Of a stretch of DNA of 64,000 nucleotides, positions 37,071 through 49,653 are shown piece after piece. Source of the DNA: Nemertoderma westbladi. Its lineage: Eukaryota; Animalia; Xenacoelomorpha. A model generated the notes under the pieces. That model was given only the letters and a program-made list of their open reading frames with translations. It did not search any database and was not told where the DNA came from. Both the position numbers and the translations under genes were made by a program. Numbering within the stretch: position 1 is the first letter of the stretch; each line of letters begins with the position of its first letter. The stretch lies in assembly GCA_032718475.1 (NCBI GenBank), contig JAUCBJ010006610.1:64932-128931 (forward strand), in the 5' to 3' direction.

Positions 37071-38635
37071 TCGTTCTCTCATTATTTAAATACTGTTATC
37101 ATTAAGTTACAGTCAGCCAGTTAGAGCCCTATTAACTACTTATTTGCGTTGTTGAGAGCTTTAACCATTAAAACTCTTTTTTAAATATTTTAAGATTTTA
37201 ATTTAATTCGCCTTAACTTAAATAAATAAATATTTTTAATAATAATAAAAATACTACGGTACTTTAAAATGGAATTTGTTCTGTTATATTAGGTGTATTA
37301 TGTATTTTTGTGTACTATGTATTTTTTTTTTTTTTTTATTATATGATGAATATGATTGATACTAGGTGAATACTGAATAATACCACGGTATTTTGATTAG
37401 AGAGATTAATACTAGGGTATTTTGATACGGTATTTTGATTAGAGGTGAACACTAGACAATACTACGGTATTTTGATTTTGATTAGAGAGATTAATACTAG
37501 GCTATTTTGATACGGTATTTTGATTAGATGTGAACACTAGACAATACTACGGTATTTTGATTAGTGGTAAATATAATTAATGCTACAGTATTTTGAATAG
37601 AGGTGAACACTAGACAATACTACGGTATTTTGATTAGTGGTGAATATAATTAATGCTACAGTTTTTTGAATAGAGGTGAACACTAGACAATACTACGGTA
37701 TTTTGATTAGTGGTGAATATAATTAATGCTACAGTATTTTGAATAGAGGTGAACACTAGACAATACTACGGTATTTTGATTAGTGGTGAATATAATTAAT
37801 GCTACAGTATTTTGAATAGAGGTGAACACTAGACAATACTACGGTATTTTGATTAGTGGTGAATATAATTAATGCTACAGTATTTTGAATAGAGGTGAAC
37901 ACTAGACAATACTACGGTATTTTGATTAGTGGTGAATATAATTAATGCTACAGTATTTTGAATAGAGGTGAACACTAGACAATACTACGGTATTTTGATT
38001 AGTGGTGAATATAATTAATGCTACAGTATTTTGAATAGAGGTGAACACTAGACAATACTACGGTATTTTGATTAGTGGTGAATATAATTAATGCTACAGT
38101 ATTTTGAATAGATGTGAACATTAAATAATACTACGTCGTGGTTGTCTAACATCATATAATTATGTATTTTGATTAGACAGAGGTGAATATGATTACCACA
38201 GTATTTTGCTTAGAGATGAATATAAGTAATACTACAGTATTTTGTTTAGAGGTGAACATGATTAATACTGTACTACAGTATATTGAATAGTGATCAATAC
38301 TACGGCGATTAATACCAAATACCAGTATATTTCAACCGTATGTTATTATTTCGTCCAATTAATTTGCATATTACTGTATTATGACACTGTATATATTTTC
38401 ATGTTTTATTTTATCCATATGTAATTTTAAACGATTTTAAATTTAAGCTGCATAAATCATTTTAAGAGGGGACCTGCATGGAAACGAGTTCTATGAACTC
38501 ATGCAGTTATCCCCGTCAGAACATTTTATTAGATAACCTTTAACATATAAATGTATATTATGTATATGTTCTTATGTATATGTATTTCTGTGTATTTCAT
38601 GCGTTTCTGACAATAAACAACTTCAACTTCAACTT
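37071..38635 (+). mobile_element. 1.56-kb insertion in pol: non-coding 3' end of a non-LTR element carrying a 73-bp tandem array
   Basis: Interrupts IPVEDR / NDLDL..LPETKTLGLKW; about 8 copies of a 73-bp unit at ~37548-38130; ends AATAAACAACTTCAACTTCAACTT; imperfect duplication TTCG(T/G)TCTTCTA at both junctions. Confidence 0.75.
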
Positions 38636-41600
38636 CGGTCTTCTACCGGTATCGCTTCCAGAAACTCACGGGAGTTGCTGGTGAATTTCGTCAGTCGAAA
38701 TCCACCTCTTTTCAAACACTCTACCGTTCCTTTCGCGACATCAATGGCTTCTTCTACTGATGGAAGGGACTTTAAATTGTCGTCCATGTATATATCGCGC
38801 TTGATGTTATCTATCACCTCTTTGGAGAAGGCGTCTCGGTTGTCATTCGCAGTGGTCCGCACCACGGAGCAGGCGTTGGAAGGGCTTGATATGATCCCAA
38901 AAGCCTGGATGGTCATCCAGTACTCTACCGGTTTCTGGTTGAGATCTCCTTCAGGCCACCACAGAAATCTTAGGCTGTCTCTATCTCTATCCAGCGCCTT
39001 GACTTGTAAGAACATTCCTTCTATATCGGAGGCGAACGCGATGGAATATTGTCTTAATCTTAAAAGTATTCCCAACAAAGATTGGAGTAAGTTGGGTCCT
39101 GGTAACAACTCGGAATTGAGGGATTGGCCCATATATAGAGCGGAGCCATCGAATACAACTCGTACTTCATGGGGTTTACCGGGTTTGGGAACGTAATGAT
39201 GTGTTAAGTAATACGTTCTCTCAGTTACTGGTGTTCCTTCCGGTACTCGCTCCGCGTATCCTTTTGTAATAAATTTCTTCAACTTAGTTTGGTACATTTC
39301 TTTAGCTGAAGCATTAGCCGTAAGGCATCGATGTAATTGAGTGATTCTTTTCTCTGCCAAGGGTCTGTTATTTATAAATCTAGGTTCCTGTTTTCGAAAT
39401 GGTAGGCCGATTTCATATCTACCTTGATCTTTTAAAAAACGTGTAGTTGTTTCCTGGATTTGCTTGGCTCTTTCTTCTTCTATCGATAGGGCCTTATCGT
39501 ATGAATTGGGCTCTACCAATTCTTGAGTAAAGAATCGTATGGCGAGTTCGTCCCGAGTTCTAGCGTTGTAGCGCTCTATCTCATCATTTAGTTCGTCATT
39601 GTAATCAATGGGTCCCGATGGGCGAATCAGTTGACATAGGTTCACCTGGTTTTTCCAAGTTTTGTTTTCTGTAATTAGGTCGATTGTGTCTTCTTCATCG
39701 AAGAGTTGGTAGATGTCGTCATTATCTGAGGAGTATGGTGTTCCCTCAGTTAGTTCGTCCACCTCACTGCTCTCCACTTCCCAATCATTTACTTGGTATA
39801 TTCTTTCTTGTGGTAGTCTCTCTTTGAGAGTTCTGCGGGAAGGGCCAGTAAAGTACCAACCTACTCTAGTTCTTACCGCATAGGTTTGTAGTGGCTGCGG
39901 TTGAGCAGGCCATTTCTCCAATGTCTCGAGCGCCTCATGCGCGTTTTGGCCGATGAGTATTTGTACTCCAGGATAATCTGTCTGGAATCGAGGTATCTTA
40001 AGCTGTTGGATGCTCTCGTCCTCGTCCCAGTTATAAGGTTCTACTTGGGTAGTAGCGAAGTTCTTTATAGCCACCATTTTTACTGACCTTATACTTTGTG
40101 CTCCTGATTTATCCTGGGGGGTGGACAACGCACCTACATAGTAATCTGCCATTATGGTAGATTTCCAAACCTGCATAATTCCGGACATATTCAACTTAGT
40201 TTGGAATTTGGGTTGTCCAGCAAAGATATCTTCGGCTAGTTCTTGATCGATGAATGTTCCTGTGCTGCCGGAGTCAAGGAGGGCGTTCACTATGTAACTT
40301 TTGTTAGGACCGTGAACTCTTACCTGCACTACAGGAAATTCTCTGATTCCTATGTTGGAAGTTGGAGCTTTCCAAGATGGTTGTCTGTCAAAGGTAGTTG
40401 GGGGGAACTCATTGTCGGTGTCCTTTTCATAAGTAAGTGCTCGATACACCGCGGTATTTATTAGGTAACAGGATTCGTTGGCGTCGGAGAATTCGTCAGT
40501 ATAGAATCCTTCCATCTCAGACTCTTGATCAGTGTCATTTACATCACTGAATTGGACATGTAGTTCGGGCTCACTTACCTGACTCGGGTTGTTTCGTTCG
40601 AACTCACTGTGTAACAAGATGTGATGTTTCGCGCCGCACTTTGCACACTTTACGTCTGAGTAACAGGTTCGCCGTTGGTGTCCTGATCTGAGGCAATTAT
40701 AGCATAACTGCTTATCCCACATGACTTCACGTCTGTCTACAAGGGATTTCTTTAGGAATTCAGCACACGCACTCAAACGGTGGGGCCTGTCGCACAGCGC
40801 ACAGTTTGGTTTGATGTTACTCACTTTACCCTGGGTAACTTGATGCACTCTCGTTCTTTCTTCGGGCTTTCTTCGGTGCATTCTGTTAGGAGACTGAGGA
40901 GGAGTCTTGGCAACCTGTTCTCTCCTATCGTTGGTTCGAGCCTTGTATTTACTTACGTCTTTGGAGGTTTTGTTAACGTAGTAAAATTTGTCAGTGTCTT
41001 TTCCGCTGTCCTCTTCTTGAGAAGCTTGGCTTTCGCCATCGTCAGTGTAACACACTGGTGTTACTCTTCTCCTAGAAACGGGTTTCTCACTTACCTTATT
41101 TTCCGATGTTTTCTCTCTGGACTGCTTTATGAGTTGTAGTTTTACTTCACCATCTAAGAAGGACATGAGATCAGCCATGGTAGGGCCTCGTTGTTGCTGC
41201 TCATTCATATACAACACTTTCTTATCCCAGCGTGTACATACTCCACCCATGACCATGGAACTCTGATATTCATGAGACTTACCTAACCAGTCCAATTGTC
41301 TACAGATCTCTTGAATCTCATCGGAAAACTCTATAATCCCGCTACTAAGGAAGTTTCGGGGGGCTACTAATTTTGCATACAAATACTTAATTATGTTATC
41401 CTTGTTACCATACCTGATGTTTAATGTGTCCCAAACTTGTCTTAATCCATCTGGATGTCCAATAAACTTTAACGCCATTAACTTGGGAGGTCCTTCCAAG
41501 CACTTGATGAGGAATCTAAGTTTCTCTCCGTTAGATAGTACAGAGTTCTGTATGCTATCTTTGTAATATTCATTGAAAGGTAACCATTTCATCTCATCTC

Positions 41601-43932
41601 TATTGAATTTGACGATCTCTCCCACTTTGACCGCTTGGCGGGCTTCTGTTCTAGCCATCTGACGCGTGAAGCTTTCTTGGGCCATCGTGTTATTTAATAT
41701 CGAATTATCGGTATATGAATTTCTCGGATTATTATCAGGTCTATATGGAATATCATTAACAACAGGTTTATAATCACCCTTAATAGGGTTTGCTATAGGA
41801 GTTTCTACTTCACTAGCAGTATAGATGCGTGTAGGCTCCACACCTTGCGCATGTAATACTTCAGACCTAACAGGTTGACACAATGTTACTGGGGGTATTG
41901 GTATACCCCTTTGTATATTGACTAATTTGTCGCGTTCTAGCGCGATGCTTTGCTGCACTTCTTGCAATTCTGCCCTACTTTCCCTTACTGTTCCCTTAAG
42001 TTGGTGGACAGTCTCCTGCATCTGTCCGAGCAGGAGATTCATCCCTCGCCGTCCCTCCTCTACCCACTCGACCGCCGAAGCGGGAGTCGCCAACATTGTA
42101 GCGGGCCGATGCGGGACGACGGGAGACAAATCTTTGATTTCTCTCTCAGCTTCCAGGACCTGGATATTCTCATGGACTGTTCTACCGGGTACAGGCAGTG
42201 TAGTACTGTGTAAAGGGAATTTAGAGTTAAGCTCTGGAAGTACAGGGGTCTCTAGCACAGGAGTGGCTTTGGGAACGACAGGCCTAATTATTTCAGGCTC
42301 ATCAACTATTGTAGGGAGTCTTTTGACCTGAATAATTTGGTCTGTGGGTTCTGTACTACCTAAGTCTGTGCTAGCTAGTTGTCTTCTAACCGCTGGGGGC
42401 AAATCAGGCAATTTGTGACGGTGAGATGTTTTTCTACGCCTGCTTAGACAAGATCTATTTCCTCCGCCTTCAGGATCGGTGGTCTCGCCTTCCTCCAATG
42501 ATGTGTATCCCTGGCGTTTGGGAGTAGATCGTCTCATCATCTGCATTTGACTAGCAGTTAACTGTTTATTTATGTTGTCTTGCGTCTCTTGCAGATTTTC
42601 CAACTCCAGTTGGGTAGTCTCCTCAGACGCTCTCCATTCTGCTTCTGCCACTGCCTTTGCTGCCTTTCTTTCTGCTTCTGCTTCTGCCGCCGCTGCCTTT
42701 GCTGCCTTTCTTTCTGCTTCTACTTCTGCCATTGCCGCTGTTACTGCTGCTGCCTTTCGGTCCTCTATCCGTTTTTTCTTTACTTATTCTTCTTGGACTC
42801 TAGCGAGGCGGAGTTTTTCATCAAATTTAGCTTGGTTTGCAGCTAACATTTCCGCATCGATTGAGTCCAACACAAGCTTGGCTCCTTCACTATTGGGGCG
42901 AAGTCCAGCCAGTCGTCTCCTCAACTCTTCATCACCTAAGAAGCGTTGATAGTCTGACAGATAGATGTCGATGGCGTCTCGCGTTCGCGGTCTCTCTGCT
43001 GTCCCTTCGCTTTCCACTTGAGAAAGGGTGGCATCGGTTGGTTCCTCATAGGTTGGTCTCTCAGCCAGCTGGGATTTCCACTGGGCCGTTTCTTGTACTT
43101 TGAGACCTACCCGCTGGAACCAAGTCTTGACAGCAACCTGCGGCGACGTGTCCTGTCTTCTTTTGGAAGTTTCCTCAAAGGCTGATAGGATTAGTCTAAT
43201 GCGTAGGGTTCTTTCGCGTACTTGATATAGCAGCTCTTCCTGCTCTTGAGGTCCTTGGGGTTGTCGAAACAGTTGTTCTTCTAATCGCTCTAAGGAGCCG
43301 AAGAATCCCTGCACATATCCTGCTGCTGACCTCTTCCAAACAGCTGGATCCATCGTATCTTTAGTCACTCCCATCCTGTGTATGTCTTCCCAAGTAGCTT
43401 CGGACAAATCTAACGGGAGTCCGGGTCCGGGAAAGTTCCATTGTGACTCGACAATAGACATCAATTCTTCCCTGGCGTATCCCGCATAACTATCTTGGGT
43501 CGCTCGCTTACTTCTCGCCCAATCGACTTGGTGTTCCTCCACCGCAATCAATATAGTAGTTAGTACTGCGGCAGGAAGGGTGAGAAGGGGATCCGAGTAG
43601 GCCGTAGCCGCCATCTTCACTCCGCGTTCGGGGGTCAGCTCTACGGTATCCAAACTACTGGAGCTATCGGGTTGCTGGGAACGAGTTTCTTGACTAGGAT
43701 GTTGCTGCTGTTGGACAGCTGCTTCTTGGTTCCGTTTGACCTGGGCCCGAGTGCCGATGATAGACCTACGGTGTTGGATTAGCCTAGGGTCTGATACTAC
43801 TACTAGAGGGATGACCTTTCTTTCAGTAGGAGGTGAGCTGAACCCCTTTCTTAATTGCTCCACACTCCTATCTGTGTCACAGATGGTTGTATCGATTAGA
43901 CTGTCTGACAGGTTTTGCTGGGTGTCAGACAT
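38636..43932 (-). pseudogene. gag-pol: BEL/Pao gag-protease-RT reading frame with one premature stop
   Basis: ORFs 42784-43932 and 38629-42732 are in the same frame, separated by one TAA; three zinc knuckles, ALLDSGS protease, RVVFDGSA, SDIEGMFLQV, FGIISSP, YMDD. Confidence 0.95.
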
Positions 43933-45979
43933 GTTTATCTATACAGTTGAATGCTTACTGCTATAGTTACAGTTAAAGCAAGTCTAGTAATTCAGTATGA
44001 CCGTTGGCCTAGTACCGGTAATTTATTACAGTATATTAGAATACCGGTATACACTTATAATATATATAAGTATTGTAAACTAGGTTTGTCTCAGAATACC
44101 GGTATATAATTTTAACACAAATATATATAAATATACAATAGGCCTATCGTGAATACCGGTATACAGCCTACACTTATAGTATATAAGTATAATTCTGGAC
44201 TAGAATTAATTACAGAATACCGGTATAATTTCAGCCTAAATTTATAGAAATAAAGATAATAGGCCTATCGTAAATACCGGTATATCAATTATTTAAATAA
44301 TTGAATTTCTGAATTTTAAAGGTTACTTAGTTACTTTAACTTACTTTATTACCGTTATTTAAGCAGTAGTCCAACTGATATTGAGACCTAGTTGTTGTAT
44401 GGCAGGCCTACTATTTATAAATCGTTTGAGTTGATTTATAATATATATATACCCGTTTAAAATGGGTTTTGTCAATATTTGAAATAAATGTTATTATTTC
44501 TGGGGGAGTCACTACACAGAAGCAGTGCGCTCTCAGTGAAGTGCTACTTATTGGACACTAAAACAGATAATTCTAATTTACCTAAGTTACTTAATACTAC
44601 AAATTACGTACGATACGGGTGAGATTAATTCTCTAATTAAAACACAACAAAATATTACGTATGAAATTTTAGGGTAATTTTACAGGGAAACTACAAACCA
44701 GTCTAACAAAGGGTTAGAACTTCTGGTTATTACAACAGACAGGATACTACGGTATTTGAAAATAATAAGTAGTAGTAAATATGTTGCGCTGTCCAGATAG
44801 GAAAATACCACCGTCTGACGACCTATAGCCGTATCGCTATAGGTACTACGTTATGTATCACGGAGTGTTCCTACCTAGAAGTTAATTACCGCGGACTACC
44901 AGATCCAACGTGCCTATTAACCACTTTACAACACAATACACTGCCTACACACTAATTACTTTCGGAAAGCACTGTACACCAAACCCTAAATTAGGTACAA
45001 GTACTTATTAAAAACAGATAACTAGCAGTTAAATATACTTGAACAGTTAAAAGAACCACGGCATCTGCTGGAGTGACCGGAGCACAAAGTCACCAGTCTT
45101 TACCTACGCCAAGCAGCCCGTGTAGTACCGGGGTTAATTTAACTATAACGGTATGTGTAACAAGCACAATTACTGTAGGAATAAACTTGGGGACATGAAT
45201 GTTGCGAATAATCGCATAAACTCTGAATAATAAATATTACGCTACCCGTACAGAATACTCAAACAAAATACAAACCAAACGCTGGCAGACTACCATCAAG
45301 CCTAAATAAACTACAGTATGTGCAGATTCCGAAATGGTTAGTTAGTATGCGTTCTAACACGGTAGTACGACTTATTCTTTAGGAGGGGATTGACCTTACA
45401 GCTCTGGCTGCCCCAACTTACTAACTGGCACTTTATCAGACAAACTCTACACACGCAGCAATCTCTTCAGACCTAATAATAGCTAGACAACAATCCAGCC
45501 TACAAAATATCTGAGTAATAACTATTACGGTACCTGAACAGACCACACAAACAAACATAGGCTAAAACGCTGGCAGACTACTATCGAGCCTAAATAAACT
45601 ACAGTATATGCAGATTCCAAAATGGTTAGTTAGTATGCGTTCTAACACGGTAGTACGACTTATTCTTTAGGAGGGGGTTGACCTTACAGCTCTGGCTGCC
45701 CCAACTTACTAACTGGCACTTTATCGGACATACACTCTACATGCACTGCAATCCGTTCAGACCTAACAACAGTCAGAACAACAGTCCAGCCTACAAATTA
45801 TCTGTACAATCTGAGCAGGGTTACACGCCTTCTGCTCAATATTAACTTACACGTAAATAAAACTGACAGAAATAAGTAAACTATACAAAAGAATGACGGG
45901 TGATCAATCCCTATTCTCCTGACAGCCTACAATATACAATAGATCTCAATCGAAATAATACTAATGTACTTATACTGGA

Positions 45980-46225
45980 AGTACCGGTTAGGACAGTTGG
46001 GCCTACAGACCTACAGCAGTACCGGTTCAGGCAGTTAGGCCTACGGACCTACAGCAGTACCGGTTCAGGCAGTTAGGCCTACGGACCTACAGCAGTACCG
46101 ATTCTGGCAGTTGGGCCTACGGACCTACAGCAGTACCGATTCTGGCAGTTGGGCCTACGGACCTACAGCAGTACCGGTTCAAGCAGTTGGGCCTACGGAC
46201 CTACAGCAGTACCGGTTCAGGTTTA
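45980..46225. repeat. 38-bp tandem repeat in the BEL 5' leader, about 6 copies
   Basis: GGCAGTTGGGCCTACGGACCTACAGCAGTACCGGTTCA repeated. Confidence 0.9.
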
Positions 46226-46283
46226 CCGGTCGACCGGTACTTTCAACTTTATTGCTTACTGCAATAAAGAGTATAACTGTTAT

Positions 46284-47472
46284 TGTACGCGCTTTTGAAG
46301 ACCTTTAGCAGTTTAACCCGCCAAAATTTATATGTCTTTTGGTTTATAAATAGACTTTAGTAAATGACAAGTATTTAATACCAATAAACACAACATTAGC
46401 CGAAGCCAGCCTAGTGCGCATCCATTCACCCGCTGGATATACCCGGGAGACTGGATTCGGATGGGGCTTAGATTTTATTATTGCAGTGTAAGCTTACTGT
46501 ATTATTCGATTGATCGTTAATAAATAATTTCTGACGAGTATTATTCACTTTCGGGAAATATTAACAGTTCCTTTAGGACGTGGCGCTCTATCTAGGTAAA
46601 CAGAGATATGACTTATACTAAACACAACTGTAAGACTGTAAGGCTTATGACTCACGTATGAGGCGCATTCTTTAGGAAATGCTTAGTTATCAGCCACAAT
46701 CATGCACACTACCGGTACCACACAATACTGCACACTAATCTGCCGACCGTCAATGAATTTTATCATACATAAAGAGAACAGCAATTGACTCATGTAGTGC
46801 CTATCAAATAGCATTAAATTCACTACAAACCACGATAATATAAGTCGCAATCGCTATATGTAACCTGTCTCTATAACCTGTAGTGTATCAAGAAAATTGG
46901 GAAATTTGGGTTATTTATCGATGTTCTCCAAATAATAATATTCAACCAACTGATACAAATAATGACAACAGTAAAAAGCATTAAGACGGTAGGTTAAGAT
47001 TATAACAATATAAGATTGTACCGCTGCGCTACTGCGCTGATATTATACGCTCTATAATCTAAGCCTACTAATGTTTCTTCTAAAGTCTGAAACAAATTGA
47101 CTCCAGAGCCGGTGTTCTTGGCCTAGATAGAAACAACAAAACTATAACACAGAAAACTATAAGACTGAACACTCCTAGCACGATCTGTAGAATATCTCCA
47201 CATCGACAGTAAAAATCGCTCTGATTGGCTGTTAAGCTGAAACAAAGAACCATGTGTCCAACGGCCGTTTCCATGCCAGCAACCAGCTGTTAGATGTCGT
47301 AATCTGAATCATCAAGGCTACACTGTGCTAGAGGATTTGACGCATTGCGGGTTTTGTATCTTGCCATGTCCTCCAAAGCACACATAGAGAAAAACAACTT
47401 TTATGTCCGTTAAAACACCCACACGGTATTTTGCGGGCAAGGGGACTGATTATATCCGCAAAAGCTTTTACA
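46284..47472 (-). repeat. 5' LTR (1189 bp)
   Basis: Near-identical to 28551-29752; lacks AGACTGATAACAG after 47042. Confidence 0.97.
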
Positions 47473-47977
47473 GGCAGCCTTGAATAGGCTTTCCAGGATT
47501 TGGAAGTCACCAAGAATTAATCGGACACTTAAGGTCCGATTATTTAGAGCAGCAGTAGTTCCAGTACTCCTCTATGGGAGTCCATGCTGGGCTCTAACTG
47601 CTGAGGACACCAAATCTCTGGATGGCACATTCACAAGAATGCTACACTGGGTTCATTGTGTCAAGTACAATGCACATATCTCCAACCAGACACTATATAA
47701 CATTGGAGATGTCTCATTGGTTCCCCCAAGCTTGACACTAGAACAAAATCGCCTCTGCTTTGCAGGACATTGCTTTCGCCGTGAGGACCAGCCAGTGCAT
47801 AATCTTGTACTTTGGCAGCCTCATGGAGTGAATAAGCATGGTGGACAGCCCATGACTTTCTTGAGACGCATCTTAAAGGACACTGGCCTTGAAGATGCGG
47901 ATGATCTAGCAAATGTCATGGGTGATAGGGAGTTGTGGCGGTGCAATTTTGTCGATAAGCCAGCACAGCATTCTTAA
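47473..47977 (+). mobile_element. RTE LINE, right part (ORF C-terminus)
   Basis: LKVRLFRAAVVPVLLYGSPCWALT, RLCFAGHCFR, LVLWQP, DRELWR are typical RTE C-terminal motifs. Confidence 0.9.
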
Positions 47978-48059
47978 AAATGCAGCTGCAATGCAGCATG
48001 CCGATCCTAGTAGTATCCCATATTGTTAGCATTGGTAGGCCCTATGAGTATCCCTTTGG

Positions 48060-49291
48060 ATTCCCAAAACGGACATCTTGAGGATTCTCTTACAAAACTG
48101 AACATTGTATCAGGATTTTGAGAAGCAGGAGTAGTTATTTATCACCCGAATGCAATAGATAAGACTCAATTAATTTCATCTGGCATTATTAGTAGTGAAA
48201 GTGTTGACCTGAGACCCGATTATTGCCATTTTCCTGAGTCAAACGTTGCTACTTCCACTTCCACCCATGATGACTTCAGATCTGTTGGCCTTCAGCAGTC
48301 AAACATTACTACCTCAACCTATAATGACTTCAGATCAGTTAGCCCAGACCTAGTAGATAAAGACGACAGTGATAGCATTAACACTCTCCCAAGTGGTAGT
48401 GATGGTGGAGATAGCAATGAATGTGAGCTGGAAAATATTGGGCACAGAGAGTCAGCTTAATATGGATAGCAATTCCACTCATCCAAGTGGTAATGAAAGT
48501 GGCGATACCGATATATGTGAGCTGTAAAATCTCTTGGGCACAGAGAATCCTCTTCATAGTTTTCAAGTGATAAACACAACAGGTTGAGTCATCTTCACAA
48601 TTGCATCTGGATCTCGAGTGCATCTAACACCACAACTCAGACCATCTTCACACAATCACATCATGGACCTTCTGTGCACGAACACCCATTATTGGTTCAC
48701 TACAATTTCTTCCCTAGAGAATATGCAGATATATTTACCCTGGCTATTCTCTATGTACCACCAGGTAGAAAGCATCCTCGAGAGTAAAGACGAAAGCCCA
48801 TGTATTAACTTCCGATGAAGTGGTAAGTAATCTCAAAGTAATAGAAAAAAAAGAAAAATAGAAAAGAAGAAGGCTGCTGCTGAACAGAGAAAGAAGAATG
48901 ATCAAATTAGGAAAGCACAGAAAGCTGATATGGTTGAAACAGAGGAAGAGGAAGCAACAGAAGCAAATGATCCACGGCAGTATTACTTTTTTTTTTTGGG
49001 TTATTGGGCCGAGGCCCATATGATACTGAAATATCATATAGTAAAATGTGAATTAAGAAAAAAGCCAATGACTTTCGTGATAATTAAATTCTAATAATTC
49101 CAGTGATTATATATTTGATGTTTGTTATCTATGTGAAACTGATAACTGATGGTCTGGATAACAGTGCTGCCTGCACCTGGGCTGGATGCAAATGTTGTTT
49201 TCACTGGGTCTGTGAGGATTGTGTTCCAGTGACATTTGAAATTGGTGTAGATGATTACTTCTGCGATATTTCTACTGGTATTGAAGATTAG
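48060..49291 (+). mobile_element. Decayed pogo/DDE_1-like transposase 3' region with PHD-like finger
   Basis: KTKAHVLTSDEVV followed by a K/E/R-rich stretch, then WAGCKCCFHWVCEDC...YFCD; many stops. Confidence 0.5.
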
Positions 49292-49653
49292 GTGGTTTTA
49301 ATCAATATAAATCACATAAAAACTAAATATAAACTGTGTTAAGCAAGCAGTTAATACACTCTTAATACTCATGGGTTAATTTGAATGCAAAATCAACTGC
49401 CTTTAACATGCTTGGAAGGGTGAATCATAGAGCGTTCTAAATGACAATATAGGTATTGGTTCTTTCCAAATATACAATGAAAGGATTAATTGAATACCCC
49501 TTTCGATGTATTTATCCATCATTTCCACGACCTGATGATCCTGGTCAGACAGATCCAATACTACCATTACAAATGACAGGTTTGCATTCAGCAGTACTTG
49601 TACTTCCGCATCCCACCTACGACCATTGCGACATAGTCGAGTAGGTAGATCCA

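Larger units (their letters stand above)
28551..47472 (-). mobile_element. Full-length 18.9-kb BEL/Pao LTR retrotransposon with extra 3' ORFs
   Basis: Paired TG...CA LTRs, 5-bp duplication GGCAG (28546-28550, 47473-47477), domain order Gag(3 zinc knuckles)-PR-RT-RH-IN, purine tract GGGAGCGG at 29753-29760. Confidence 0.97.

Noticed and set aside
42733-42786. Programmed gag/pol readthrough or frameshift
   Set aside because: The stop lies far upstream of the Gag zinc knuckles and the older copy reads through the matching region; a nonsense mutation is simpler.
38675-43966. Plus-strand ORFs opposite gag-pol
   Set aside because: Antisense shadows of the long coding frame.
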